From Schizosaccharomyces osmophilus (taxonomy: Eukaryota): a DNA stretch of 64,000 nucleotides. Below, one piece after another: positions 35,064-45,686 of this stretch. The DNA is taken from positions 2,976,001-3,040,000 of the forward strand of contig NC_079238.1 of assembly GCF_027921745.1 (NCBI RefSeq), written 5' to 3'. The position numbers and the translations under genes are program-made. Below the pieces are notes generated by a model that had not been told where the DNA came from, did no database searches, and saw only the letters and a list, made by a program, of their open reading frames with translations. The stretch's first letter is position 1, and every line of letters begins with the position of its first letter.

Positions 35064-36035
35064 TCAGGTATTCTTTTTTTCGTTTTTTCCAACAGTTTTT
35101 GCTTTAACCGCTGGCCGGCTATAGGCGTACGTTGCACTAGAACCAAATACCAAACAAGCTCCAAGCACGACCGGACCGCTCAGGCGATTACCGAATAAAA
35201 GAATACTCAAACAAAGACTTACGAATTTACGAATATTCAAAATGATTGTGACAGTTAATGCAGAGCTTTGGGAACCAAGGGAATTTACACCTCGTACGCA
35301 CAAGTACTGTGCCAATGTATTTAGACAAATATACCAAAAGGCTGGTGGCATACCAAATAAAACAAGATTGGAGCTTTCAGAGTCCGTGAATAAAAGCATC
35401 CATTGTTTTCGAATTGAACCCAATAGTGGTAGAAAGAAGGGAATTGAAAAAGCGTGAGTATAGAACAAACTTTCTCTCCAGCTAGCGTTGTATTTTTTGT
35501 ATGTGTCTTCCATAAGCAGTCCCATGAATGCACCAAGAAGCTGGGTTACCATTAATATCGTGAAGCCAATTGTAAAGTTCGTCGTTGAAGACATGTGTAC
35601 ATGAATGTCGTTTGTATTCCCAAGAACTGAAATTACAACACCGATGGTTAAAACAGCAACACTTATCATTTGCAATATTGTATACTTCTTGTTTGCTAAC
35701 ATCCACCCCACAGACATGGTAGTTAGCGGCCCACTACTTCGAAGAATTATATGTACGGGGACAGAAACGTCAAACCCCAAAGCAACGTTGTTTAAGACAT
35801 TAATACTAAAGAATAGGAAAACTATGCACATCCAGCGTTTCCTGGGTACATTGGGATTCTTCAGTGCAGAAGGGTTGTGTAATAAAAAATATAGCAGACC
35901 CTCTATTGCTATGAATACAAATTGAGAAAATGTAATCAATAACCCACTCTTCGGGTATTCTCTCACAATTGCTTCAAGAGTGTAAGCTGTAGAACAACAC
36001 CCTCCAAAAATAAAAGAAAGAGCCCCCAAAATCAT
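35064..36035 (-). CDS. yea4: UDP-GlcNAc/UDP-xylose nucleotide-sugar transporter (UAA family, Yea4/SLC35B4-like)
   Basis: IFGGCCS, LITFSQFVFIA, NNVALGFDVSVPVHIILRS, WRESLFYTH, QYLCVRGVN and LNIRKFVSL motifs. C-terminal KKxx (EKKNT). Confidence 0.92.
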   Translation of the reverse strand: MILGALSFIFGGCCSTAYTLEAIVREYPKSGLLITFSQFVFIAIEGLLYFLLHNPSALKNPNVPRKRWMCIVFLFFSINVLNNVALGFDVSVPVHIILRSSGPLTTMSVGWMLANKKYTILQMISVAVLTIGVVISVLGNTNDIHVHMSSTTNFTIGFTILMVTQLLGAFMGLLMEDTYKKYNASWRESLFYTHAFSIPFFLPLLGSIRKQWMLLFTDSESSNLVLFGMPPAFWYICLNTLAQYLCVRGVNSLGSQSSALTVTIILNIRKFVSLCLSILLFGNRLSGPVVLGACLVFGSSATYAYSRPAVKAKTVGKNEKKNT

Positions 36036-36547
36036 TATGCGGTTGACGAATTGTGCTAGGGTTCTATGCTCTCCGTTTAAATTTCTATAGAATTTTTATT
36101 TTTTTTAGGAGCCTTCTAATGAGCACTTCTGGAGGCCTATACAAGTTTTTACGTACCGAGTTTACTAGGTGCAAGGCGGCAGCGTGCAAGTTGGAATCAA
36201 ATCCTTGTTCGTAACAAATCGAATGCAACACATTCAAGGTTGAAATCAAAATGCGTTGAATTGGTAGTTAATTGCTTAACAAAACATCTAACACAGGATG
36301 ATCTTGTCTCCAATTATTGGTAATTTAATTTCAACCCTATACCAAGTAGCTGGATATAGCTAGTTGGTAAAATAAATTGCAGACTGAACCATAGTCAACT
36401 TTCCTCAAAAATTTCTACGTTTGCTTTTAATTATGTTCATTCAGATTCATCAAATAGTACAGAAATATTCATTAAAAACATGACCATGCGAATAAAAAGC
36501 TCATAGTGATCCGCAGGCAATGTACGTAGTAGCTAACATTATATATA

Positions 36548-37888
36548 TTAATACCTTCTCATTTCCAACATTGACTGCTCATACAAAGCTTCATAATCTT
36601 TCCGGGCACCTAGCAATCGTTCATTCAGGTCCATTAATTCTTCTTTCTGAGAGGCATATTTTTCTATTAATCGTATAAGCTTCGGTCGTAAAATAATGGT
36701 TTCGTGATATTTAGTCTGTAATTCATCGTCATCAGCAGCTTCGGGTGGAGCCGACGATAGTATGTTTAGCAAATCATCAATCCTTGGAAGAGCATCAAAA
36801 GTAAGTTGTTCTGCTTTAAGCATCTGCTCCTTCTGCTCAGAGGTTGGTTCAACAATCCTTTCTACATAATTGACGGGGAAGATTCCAACTTTGTTCTTAC
36901 AAGAACCCTTCCACCAATCTTTAAAAACGCTTTCCAGAACTAGTATGACATCCCCCTTTTGGAAAGACAACTCACCAGGTTCAGAAGCAGCAAAGTCGTA
37001 TAACGCACGTACACGAGAAATCGAGGATGCTGAAGTCGTAGTTAAAGAAGTATCTTTAGGTTCGGTCGGTTGTTCTGAGTTCTTCTCGTCTTCAGTATGC
37101 TTCTGGCTTTCGGCTTCTTGGGCTGTAGCCTCTGATAATGACAGGGCTAATGCAAACTGTAATTCATCTTCCTCTTTTTTTAATTCTGAATTGTTCTTTT
37201 TTTGCTTGCCTGGTTTTTTGGGGGCTCGTAAATCAACAATGTCTTGTATTTGGTCAGTAAAAAACTCTGTAGTCAAGAAACATTCAACGTACCTAGCTTT
37301 CGAATTTCATCGCATGTTCGTTGCATTAAGTCCATGCTCGGATCATGTTGTAATACTGTTGCCCATTCATTAACCAAAACTGCAATTTTACTTTTGATTT
37401 GATTATGAGTGCTTGGACTCCCTGCTATGTGCAAAAGACTATCCGTGAATAAACGGGAAGCAATTTCATGTTGTGTCTTTGAATCACAATTCTTTACAAT
37501 AGCATCTGTCAACTAATAGACTTTGTTAGTAAAGAATCAGAATAATTGAATATTTATGGGTGTATAGACAGTATACTTCATAATTCTGCGTCCAAAAGAA
37601 CAGATCTCAAGATATTGAAGGTCGACTTACAGTTAATGTCAGTAATTGGACATTGGAATTTATAGAATTCAATCGTTTATCAAGGAATTGAATAGCACTT
37701 CGGCAACTAGTTGAAGTTTAAGTTAGTAGGTTCGTTTCTTGAATCACGATTGTGACATACGATTCTTCTGAGCTGCTTGACAGTAGATCGCACACATCCA
37801 TAATCAAATCCCATTTATCTTTAGTGTTCTTCTCATCGGTAGCTCGAAGGATTGCGGTCTGAATGGCCGATGGTTTTTCTCGAAACAT
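36548..37888 (-). CDS. hse1: ESCRT-0 subunit Hse1 (STAM): VHS-UIM-SH3-GAT, exons 37888-37761, 37706-37631, 37512-37293, 37242-36548
   Basis: VHS (ILRATDEKNTKDKWDLIMDVCD...AIVKNC), UIM (EEDELQFALALSL) and SH3 (VRALYDF...ELSFQKGD...WWKG...GIFPVNYV). Confidence 0.93.
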
Positions 37889-38821
37889 GTTGGTAAAAAT
37901 GGAGTCTCGCAATCCTACAGTGCTGAACTTTTTATGCAGATAAAAAGCTTGAATGTTTATAGAATTAGAATTTTTACAAAGTAAAAAAAAGGAAAACGGG
38001 CCAATTTTTTTCGTAATTGATAAATGGCAAGTCTTAACGAAATGTGTTCGTGCTGTGCGTTTTCTAGCTGTAAAGCACTTGGAATATAAAAGCAATAAAC
38101 CACCAATTGCTCATATCAGAAGCAAGCAATCTCAGAAAGTTATAAATAATAAAATGTTTATATAGTACTGTGCTTCCGAACAAGGAAGACCTACTCTTGT
38201 CCGAAAAGGATTTACAATGTACTTTTGGGAAGGGCATCTGCGATACGTGGTCAGGACTATTGGCTTCATATTCGAAGATATAGCATTGGTTTTTATCATA
38301 AGTATTGAAGAATTCTGTAGATTTAGCTAGCAGTCTACCGCGTTTTGAGTAAAGCAAAACATAATGAATACCGGTTTTTCTACTAATCCGCATTGTTCCT
38401 CTTGATTCTTATAGTTTCTTTTTTTCTACTTTTTTTTTTTTGTTTAGCTTACTTGTTCTTAATCAATTTCTAAACTTTTTTATGGTACTTGTCTTGTTGA
38501 CTAAAACACAACACTTAGTAGAATTCACCGACAGGTTTCAAACTTAGGATCATAGCTTGTCTGGTAGATACAAATTACATCTTCAACAAAATATTTAATG
38601 TTTTGAGATTAACTAGTGCATGTGCTACTTTTCGATAAAATTGTGCACGATACTGCCTGAGAAATTCTGTTCAAGACGAACTTCTTCAAACAAGATAATC
38701 TCCCTTTTTCTTCTGATATATGTAGTTGCTGTTTTCTTTGAAAAATAAAAAAAGAAAAAATTCCCGGTTTTCGTCTGATCTATTGTTTGTTCGGGAGTTA
38801 CTGACAAAAAGATCCAATAGG

Positions 38822-40654
38822 ATGGACAAGCAATCAGAAACGACAGCGAAGACATCCTTTGATGAAAACTTTTCTAGTAGCTCTCTTCAAAATGATGGGA
38901 AGGAATCTCAGCACTCTTCAACACATGATGGATTGCATTCAGCCGAAGAATTGAGAACAATAATTAGAGAAGCATATGTTCCTAGAATATCTGTAATATG
39001 CTCTCGCGATGCTGACGAATTTGCGATTAGCAAGGGATTTCCGCAAGGATTTTGGGAATTACTTTATCCTTTTGGTGACCGTGTTCGTGGAAAAGTACGA
39101 AGACGTAATATGCAAGATAATATGGTTACTCTGGAAAAAACAAGTTTACAATTTGTTCCCGTGGACTCTTTAGAGTCTCACCTTAGTGATGTCCCTGTAG
39201 TATCCATACGTGACATATTGACGAGCAAAAATCGGACTCTCGTACTTCCTGAGGCGCCTTCAAAATATACGTTTGGTATCCACTATAAAAATTTGGAACG
39301 ATGGGCTTGGAATTTAGCTCACGAAGAAAGTTACGAAATGTCAACCGCTATGTATATCCGGCAACTTTTGACGGGTATGCCAGTAGCATCTTTTGAAACA
39401 TTTTCCCACCCTGTCGCACATCTCGTCGTCGTAACATCGCATAATCCGACTCCTTTCGAATCTCTGCGAGAGTTAATTAATTCACTCACTCAAATATCCT
39501 TCCCTGCTTTTGTTTCGAATGATATTATTTATTTCTTTGTTTATGTTCATGATGAGGATCAACATGACATTGAACTATCAATGGCTATATTCGATACAAT
39601 GCTACAAACTTTTGGGGAGAGAGGCTATTTTCTGCGATTACATTCACAAAAAGCTACTCTAGACTATGAACATACAATCCCCTTTCCTTGCTCTTCTTGG
39701 TTATCGGCTGAAGAGCGATTGCTAATGCTTAACGGCTCACAAAAAGAACAACATTTGCTTTTTGAATCGGACGCGGATTCAATAAAAAGATTAGTAAGTC
39801 ATATTGCATTCAATGGTGTTATTCCGCATCTAGATAAATGCATAAGAATATGGGATGATCAATACGCATCGCCTAGGCGTGGCTTTACAGGAAAGTTGTT
39901 TTTTGCTTCTAAAAAATTGATATCTACACAGAATAATTCCCATAATTCGAATTTTTTTGCTTCCTCTAATGTCTATCGGCCAGACTCGATAGAAGCGTAC
40001 CTTCGAAGGTTGGCAGATTACTCCTTCATGCTTCGTGATTACACACATGCCAATCAAATTTATGAAATTGCATCAAAGCAATATGCTAATGACGACGCTT
40101 ACTTATACTATGCTGCTGCTTCAGAAATGATTGTTGTTACAGAACATATAATACACCTTGACCGCCCTTACATGAGTTTAACCAACAAATTGCGTCTTAA
40201 CGAGTGTATGCAATCGGCTATGGAAAATTATTCAAATAAACCTTTTAATTCATACTATCACGCCGCTCGCTGCTTTCTTTTACTGGGTCAATTTTTGAGT
40301 AGCTTGCCTAATCCCAGAGTAGACGATGCTGCTAATTGGAACGCTGGTTTGGTGTTCTCAAAACGACTTGGTCCTGTAGGAAGGGCCATTATATTTCAAC
40401 AGACTTATGAGCTTTATAGACGGACTGAACGGACAAATATAGATTCTTCGACAGAAATGAAAAGGCATCGTAAAACAGCATTCTGGTGTATAATGGCAGC
40501 AGATGCTTGGTTACGTTGTCATATTTCTTTCCGTGCTAGACCTTTTGTAGATACTGCAAAGGAGTTTTACACTCAGATAGCTTGGCCGGATTTACAGGAA
40601 TGCACAGCCAAGCTGGACGATGTAGATATATCGCCTAAATCTCAAGAAAAATAG
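38822..40654 (+). CDS. trs85: TRAPP III subunit Trs85-like protein
   Basis: FETFSHPVAHLVVV, WDDQYASPRRG, EAYLRRLADYSFMLRDY and RKTAFWCIMAA motifs. First ATG at 38822. Confidence 0.85.
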   Translation: MDKQSETTAKTSFDENFSSSSLQNDGKESQHSSTHDGLHSAEELRTIIREAYVPRISVICSRDADEFAISKGFPQGFWELLYPFGDRVRGKVRRRNMQDNMVTLEKTSLQFVPVDSLESHLSDVPVVSIRDILTSKNRTLVLPEAPSKYTFGIHYKNLERWAWNLAHEESYEMSTAMYIRQLLTGMPVASFETFSHPVAHLVVVTSHNPTPFESLRELINSLTQISFPAFVSNDIIYFFVYVHDEDQHDIELSMAIFDTMLQTFGERGYFLRLHSQKATLDYEHTIPFPCSSWLSAEERLLMLNGSQKEQHLLFESDADSIKRLVSHIAFNGVIPHLDKCIRIWDDQYASPRRGFTGKLFFASKKLISTQNNSHNSNFFASSNVYRPDSIEAYLRRLADYSFMLRDYTHANQIYEIASKQYANDDAYLYYAAASEMIVVTEHIIHLDRPYMSLTNKLRLNECMQSAMENYSNKPFNSYYHAARCFLLLGQFLSSLPNPRVDDAANWNAGLVFSKRLGPVGRAIIFQQTYELYRRTERTNIDSSTEMKRHRKTAFWCIMAADAWLRCHISFRARPFVDTAKEFYTQIAWPDLQECTAKLDDVDISPKSQEK

Positions 40655-40729
40655 TTTTTGATTTAGTTACTGGCTTGTTATTCATAATGAAGGTGTATAT
40701 TAATATTATTTTAGACGTTTTATAGTTAA

Positions 40730-40730
<1 letters not shown>

Positions 40731-40766
<36 letters not shown>
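40731..40766 (+). repeat. Poly(A) homopolymer, 36 nt
   Basis: Uninterrupted A run between the convergent trs85 and rhp18 3' ends. Confidence 0.9.
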
Positions 40767-40768
<2 letters not shown>

Positions 40769-40880
40769 TATATGTAAAAGTAAATAACATAAGTACCATG
40801 AAAATGTGACCGCAACCCTAAATAATGTGAATGCTGAAGTAAAAAGAGCACAGCTCATACTCGAGACGATTAGACAGATT

Positions 40881-41900
40881 TTAAAAAGCAGATTCATCAA
40901 CTGTTGTAGAAGAAGTTTGTTCATCCGGTGAAGAAGGAACAGATTTCTTGATAGTATTTTTGGCTTTTTGTACAAGGTCCGCGAAATCACCTGCGTAGGT
41001 AGACTCCCATTCGGTCCCTCCAAGCTTTTCCTTCGTAACTAAATTTGAGTTACTTTGTGTTTTCTCCCACTTGTGAAGCTGGGCTAGAAGTGCCTTCTTT
41101 GAAATCGGATGTTTCTGGTCCAAATTAGAGTTATACATAGTGACCCATTGAGCATGTCTTCTTTGTAGAATTTGTTTATTACCATCAGTGGGAAGGCCCA
41201 TCTCTGCTAATTTGGAACGTATTTTAGATTCAGACAGTAGAGCATAGGTAAGCTTGGGAATTCGAACACGTTCTGATTCAGGTAATTCTTTATTCATCAC
41301 CGGCGAGTTAATATTGGATTTTGACTCAGACTGTTTTTCAGCATTTCCTCGTGAAGGAGCCTTATTTTCAGTGGAGGATTGACCGGGACTTACTAGACAT
41401 GTATCTAAGTGGTGGTTTATTTCGGATTGAGATACTTCCCTCGAGCAAACAGGGCAAGCAACAGGGTTCTGAATTTTCCTTTTCTTTCTGTTTGTAGAGC
41501 TAGAAAGACGAGAGTTCTCACTCTCTTCCCATTCCTCAGTGCTAGACTGAGAATCCGGGACTGAATCGAGGTTCAAATTAGCTTCGGAAAGATCATCCTT
41601 TCGTAAAACCTGAATTAGATCCGCACGAATGGAACAAAATGCATCTAATATATCTTCCATTACCTTATTTTTTCGTAAACGACTTTCCTGTTCAGGAGCA
41701 CGACAAGCTGGACATATAGGATGCTCCCTTAAATAATCCCGTATACAGTAAGAACAGAAGGTGTGAGAGCAAGATGTTATAACTGGTCCTTTGAAAAAAT
41801 CGTGACAGATAAGGCATCTCATAGAGGAATCCAGTCCCTTTAGACGTGGCAGTTTTGTAAAATTCCAATCGGAAGGATCGGACGGATTTTGATTTTGCAT
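40881..41900 (-). CDS. rhp18: Rad18 orthologue Rhp18 (RING, UBZ, SAP)
   Basis: DPSDW, RING CLICHDFF...CSHTFCSYCI...CPACR, UBZ CPVC..INHHLDTC and SAP-like LAEMGLPTDG...RRHAQWVTMYNSNLD. Confidence 0.95.
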   Translation of the reverse strand: MQNQNPSDPSDWNFTKLPRLKGLDSSMRCLICHDFFKGPVITSCSHTFCSYCIRDYLREHPICPACRAPEQESRLRKNKVMEDILDAFCSIRADLIQVLRKDDLSEANLNLDSVPDSQSSTEEWEESENSRLSSSTNRKKRKIQNPVACPVCSREVSQSEINHHLDTCLVSPGQSSTENKAPSRGNAEKQSESKSNINSPVMNKELPESERVRIPKLTYALLSESKIRSKLAEMGLPTDGNKQILQRRHAQWVTMYNSNLDQKHPISKKALLAQLHKWEKTQSNSNLVTKEKLGGTEWESTYAGDFADLVQKAKNTIKKSVPSSPDEQTSSTTVDESAF

Positions 41901-42018
41901 AACTCTAAAAATATACCACGAAACTTTTTCCTATTAAATAAATAAAATGTGCATAACAAACGGCTTGAATAAAAAGTGACCGATGCAAAAAAAGTGTTTG
42001 TTAAATGGAGCTTGTATC

Positions 42019-42024
42019 ACGCGT
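42019..42024. promoter_or_regulatory. MCB element ACGCGT in the rhp18/spf31 divergent promoter
   Basis: Exact MluI box about 120 bp upstream of the rhp18 ATG. It is a single copy, so support is weak. Confidence 0.35.
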
Positions 42025-42262
42025 CTCAAGAATGTCTAAATGCAGATTAAATGTAATAAACAAGTTCCAATTTCATAGATTCCGCATGTCCAGGAGGATT
42101 TTGAAGAAAAAGATCCAACGAAGCTGGTACTTAGAAGATATGTGCTTAACACGGTCGATTTACTTGGACTAAACACTGCACATTAGAGTAAGGACATTGA
42201 AGGTCGACGATTTTATTTTAGGAAAATTTTTCAAACTTGAATAAAGTATATTATTGTTAATA

Positions 42263-43056
42263 ATGTCAGATGTCGATAAACTCTTAAATCGCGTTGAAAC
42301 AACCCTTAATAAGGTAAGTTATTCTACAGTACTAGATCAGGCTTTTTTATGTAAAATATTAGACTCCTCTTTTAAAAGAAAAGGAATTTCTCTTTTCATA
42401 AAAACTTGTTCAGTTTTTTCTTTGCTTCTTCAGGCATCATATACAAACAAAGTCAATGTAATGCTAACAGATGACAGGGACGCGAAATAGAACGGATAAT
42501 TGCTTCTTTTAAATTGAATGCCTATGATGTCCTTGGGATTTTGCCTGGGATGACTGTGGACGATATCAACAATTTATATCGAAAGATTTCCCTTATGATT
42601 CACCCAGACAAAAATAGGGAAAACCCAAAGGCAGCAGATGCATTCAATATCTTAAAAAAGGCCCAGTCTGATTTGCATAATGAAAATATACGAGATTCGT
42701 TGGACTCTGCGTATACTACAGCAAGAAACCAACTGATTGCTGAAAAAAAGTTGAAATGGGATTCTGAGGAGGTGAAATCTGAAGACTTTTTATTTGATTT
42801 AAGAATCCGCTGGCGTGATATTTTAATTGAAGATGAAATTGCAAGGCGGCGAGCGAGACAATTGGAGTTGTCTTACCAACAGAGGGAACAAGCAAAGAAG
42901 GATGAGGAAACCAAGGACCGTAAACGAAGAATGGAATCGGATAAAGTTTGGGAAGAAACTAGAGATGATCGTGTAAACAATTGGCAAGACTACCTACATA
43001 AAACCAAGAAAAGCACCATAAAGAAGAAAAACAAGAAACCGAAGGTTTTGGGATGA
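42263..43056 (+). CDS. spf31: J-domain protein Spf31 (DNAJC8-like), exons 42263-42313, 42478-43056
   Basis: EIERIIASFKLNAYDVLG...YRKISLMIHPDKN...WEETRDDRVNNWQDY...KPKVLG. Confidence 0.9.
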
Positions 43057-43664
43057 ACACATATGCATGAATGAATCGTAATTAGAGGTTGAATTGTGCC
43101 TTTTTTGTTTAACTATGAGCTATCTATTAAGTACGGTACTAATGAACATACTTGAACTGAAAATGAAAAAACATAAGTATGCTTTACACTTCGTACAATG
43201 TAAGGGCACTTTCCCAGCAATCATAAAGCCAAAAAGAAAATCTTATATAAAAGTATTCATATTTATACAGCATTCAAAGAAGAAGAAAAAAAATAAAACA
43301 ATAAAAAAAGTAAATTAACCGAAATTCAGTCGGAACATAAAGATAGGCACCAGCGTAAGCTTTTTTTGTTCTATACCCTATGAAGCGTTTCCAAAAACCT
43401 ATACTTTTATAAGTTTGACTTTAAAAGCTTGCCGCAAAAATACCCAAAGTAAGATATATCAAATACGCAAGGATACAAGCGATTAAATAAAGGCAATTAT
43501 TATGAGACAATTTTAAAGAAAGACTCTAGAAGTAAATGAATCCGCTTATTAACATAATATGCTGGTGAAGTAATTAGAGAAGTAAGCTTTTGCGCTTTTA
43601 TCGCCTCTAGAAAACTAGTTAAATATCACAATTAAAAAGCACTTTTTATCGTATTGAAACATGT

Positions 43665-44969
43665 TTAGGAACTGTGGTCATTACCATGAGCTAAAGGACC
43701 CTCTTCAGCCCCGTTATCATTATACCGCTGAGTTGCGCTCTGAGCACGATGAGCTTGAGCTTCCGCTTCTCTTTCGGCTGTTTCTCTTTCCTTTCGTTCT
43801 TTCTCCATTTCAGCAATAATAACTTTATCTTCATCACTTGGTTCATATATATGCCAAATAACATAATGAGGTAGACCAACAACAGAAAAGCCCATGCGCT
43901 TAGCCATTTTACCAAATCCCTCAGTTTCAGCATGGCGTTCAAATGAGAAAGCAGGAAAATGACATCCCTCAAAGTAAACCCTTGCCTTAGACATGATCGA
44001 GACACCACCGATACCGTCTAAACTCATTTCAGAATTAGCATCGCCATTAGGATCACGAAGGTATGCCAAATGAGGTCGCCATGTAGCATATTCGGCATAT
44101 CCTTCAACAATGACAGCATCTTCATCAAGAGTTTCGGCTAATTGGAGGGCAGTTTCTGATTCAGACCAAGAATTTAAATCATAAGCTTGTTCAGTGGTAC
44201 CAAACCACTCAGGAAGGGGGCGATATACATTGGGTACAATAACATCTTTATCATGACGCATAAGATCTTCCATAATAGTCTCTGGGGCAGTTTCAACATC
44301 CACATCACGCCAGTAAACCCAAGAGTGATACGGTTTGAGAGCAGCGGACAACAACCAGTTACGCGCACGAGCCATAAGCTTACGTCTAGGACCCTGGGCA
44401 GCAAATCCATGTCGATCACTAAATTCCTGACCAACTAATGCACCAAAGTCCTTTAAATAAATGACCGCACTATTGAAGTGCACTTTTGGATCATCATCTT
44501 TTTGAATAATTTCTAGCTTGGACTTTAAAGAATCATAGGTGTCATCATCAGTATCAGATATTAAGAAGGCCAAATCAACCAAGTGATGAGGATAGCTTAA
44601 TTTGCGCAAATGATCGAAAAAAATAGTCAAATGGTCCCGAGCATTTCTAAGAGGAGCACAAATAAGAATATGCCCGCTTTTAGAGTAATCTCCAGTAAAT
44701 TTTACATTCATTAAGTCACGTAAGTCATACTCCTTGTAATGGTAAGAAGGATCGTCCTTCATCGTATACAAGGAAGAGGGTATTTGCTCGACAGCTGAAA
44801 AGAAAGAGCTGTGGAAAAACATGAAGACAATAAATATTAAGCCGATCACACTGGCAATTCTAGCACCCTTCTGTCGAAACAAGGAACTTCCGTAAGTTTT
44901 GGGGTGAAACCGATTTGATGAGATATTGAAAGGTCCACCATCCCTTCCGAAAAGCTTTTCAGGTTTCAT
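43665..44969 (-). CDS. anp1: Mannan polymerase subunit Anp1 (GT62)
   Basis: Type II TM helix, ILICAPLRNA, RRKLMARARNWLL, WRDVDV (DxD), YDLNSW and ETEGFGKMAKRMG. Confidence 0.93.
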   Translation of the reverse strand: MKPEKLFGRDGGPFNISSNRFHPKTYGSSLFRQKGARIASVIGLIFIVFMFFHSSFFSAVEQIPSSLYTMKDDPSYHYKEYDLRDLMNVKFTGDYSKSGHILICAPLRNARDHLTIFFDHLRKLSYPHHLVDLAFLISDTDDDTYDSLKSKLEIIQKDDDPKVHFNSAVIYLKDFGALVGQEFSDRHGFAAQGPRRKLMARARNWLLSAALKPYHSWVYWRDVDVETAPETIMEDLMRHDKDVIVPNVYRPLPEWFGTTEQAYDLNSWSESETALQLAETLDEDAVIVEGYAEYATWRPHLAYLRDPNGDANSEMSLDGIGGVSIMSKARVYFEGCHFPAFSFERHAETEGFGKMAKRMGFSVVGLPHYVIWHIYEPSDEDKVIIAEMEKERKERETAEREAEAQAHRAQSATQRYNDNGAEEGPLAHGNDHSS

Positions 44970-45686
44970 CTTGGAAGAGATTATCTGAACGGTTCTCAGG
45001 TTGTTCTATTTGGCTGATCTGCCAGAAACTTTGAGAAGTAGGGTTTCGGTGTGGTTGGTAGTGAGAAAGACGCTAGCCACCACTTTCAGCACGAGGCTGG
45101 ATGTGTATAAAAAAAAAAAACAAATAAATTAGAAAATATACAATTTCCTTTTGAATAGTAACAAATTGTAATATTTATTCAAGATTTTGATAATTCCTCG
45201 TGTAACCGACCTTCTACGAAAGCAACCAAAACGAAAGTCTAAAAAGGATAGAAGGATAATGCGGGAGAAAGAACGATAGACAAAGAAATTCTAAAACTGA
45301 AAGGACAAAAATTTTTAGCTTGAAAGTGGAGGAAGTTAATTGATTCAGTGAGCAGTGTGCAAAGAAATAAAGTATATTATGACAATTTGGAAGAGCAGTA
45401 TGATACGAACATTACGTTACTCTCATGTTAGCAGCACATCCAATATAAATCTCTTATAAACAGTGTAATAGAAGTGTCATATAGGAAACGAGCTAACTTT
45501 CCCTTGGCGGTCGGTCTGGCAAGCGTTCAAATCAATTCATTCAATATATAAATCACATTGAACCAATCAACCAAAATTTTTTGATTAGCACTGGATAATG
45601 TAATCCAGGAAAAAATTACAATTAACAGTTATTGATCTAGAAAGACAAGAAAACACTATAGTACCATGGTTAATTTCTCTTCTTTT

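Noticed and set aside
40731..40766. A36 tract as a retroposed poly(A) tail
   Set aside because: No target-site duplication or processed-gene body is visible; it is more likely a simple homopolymer.
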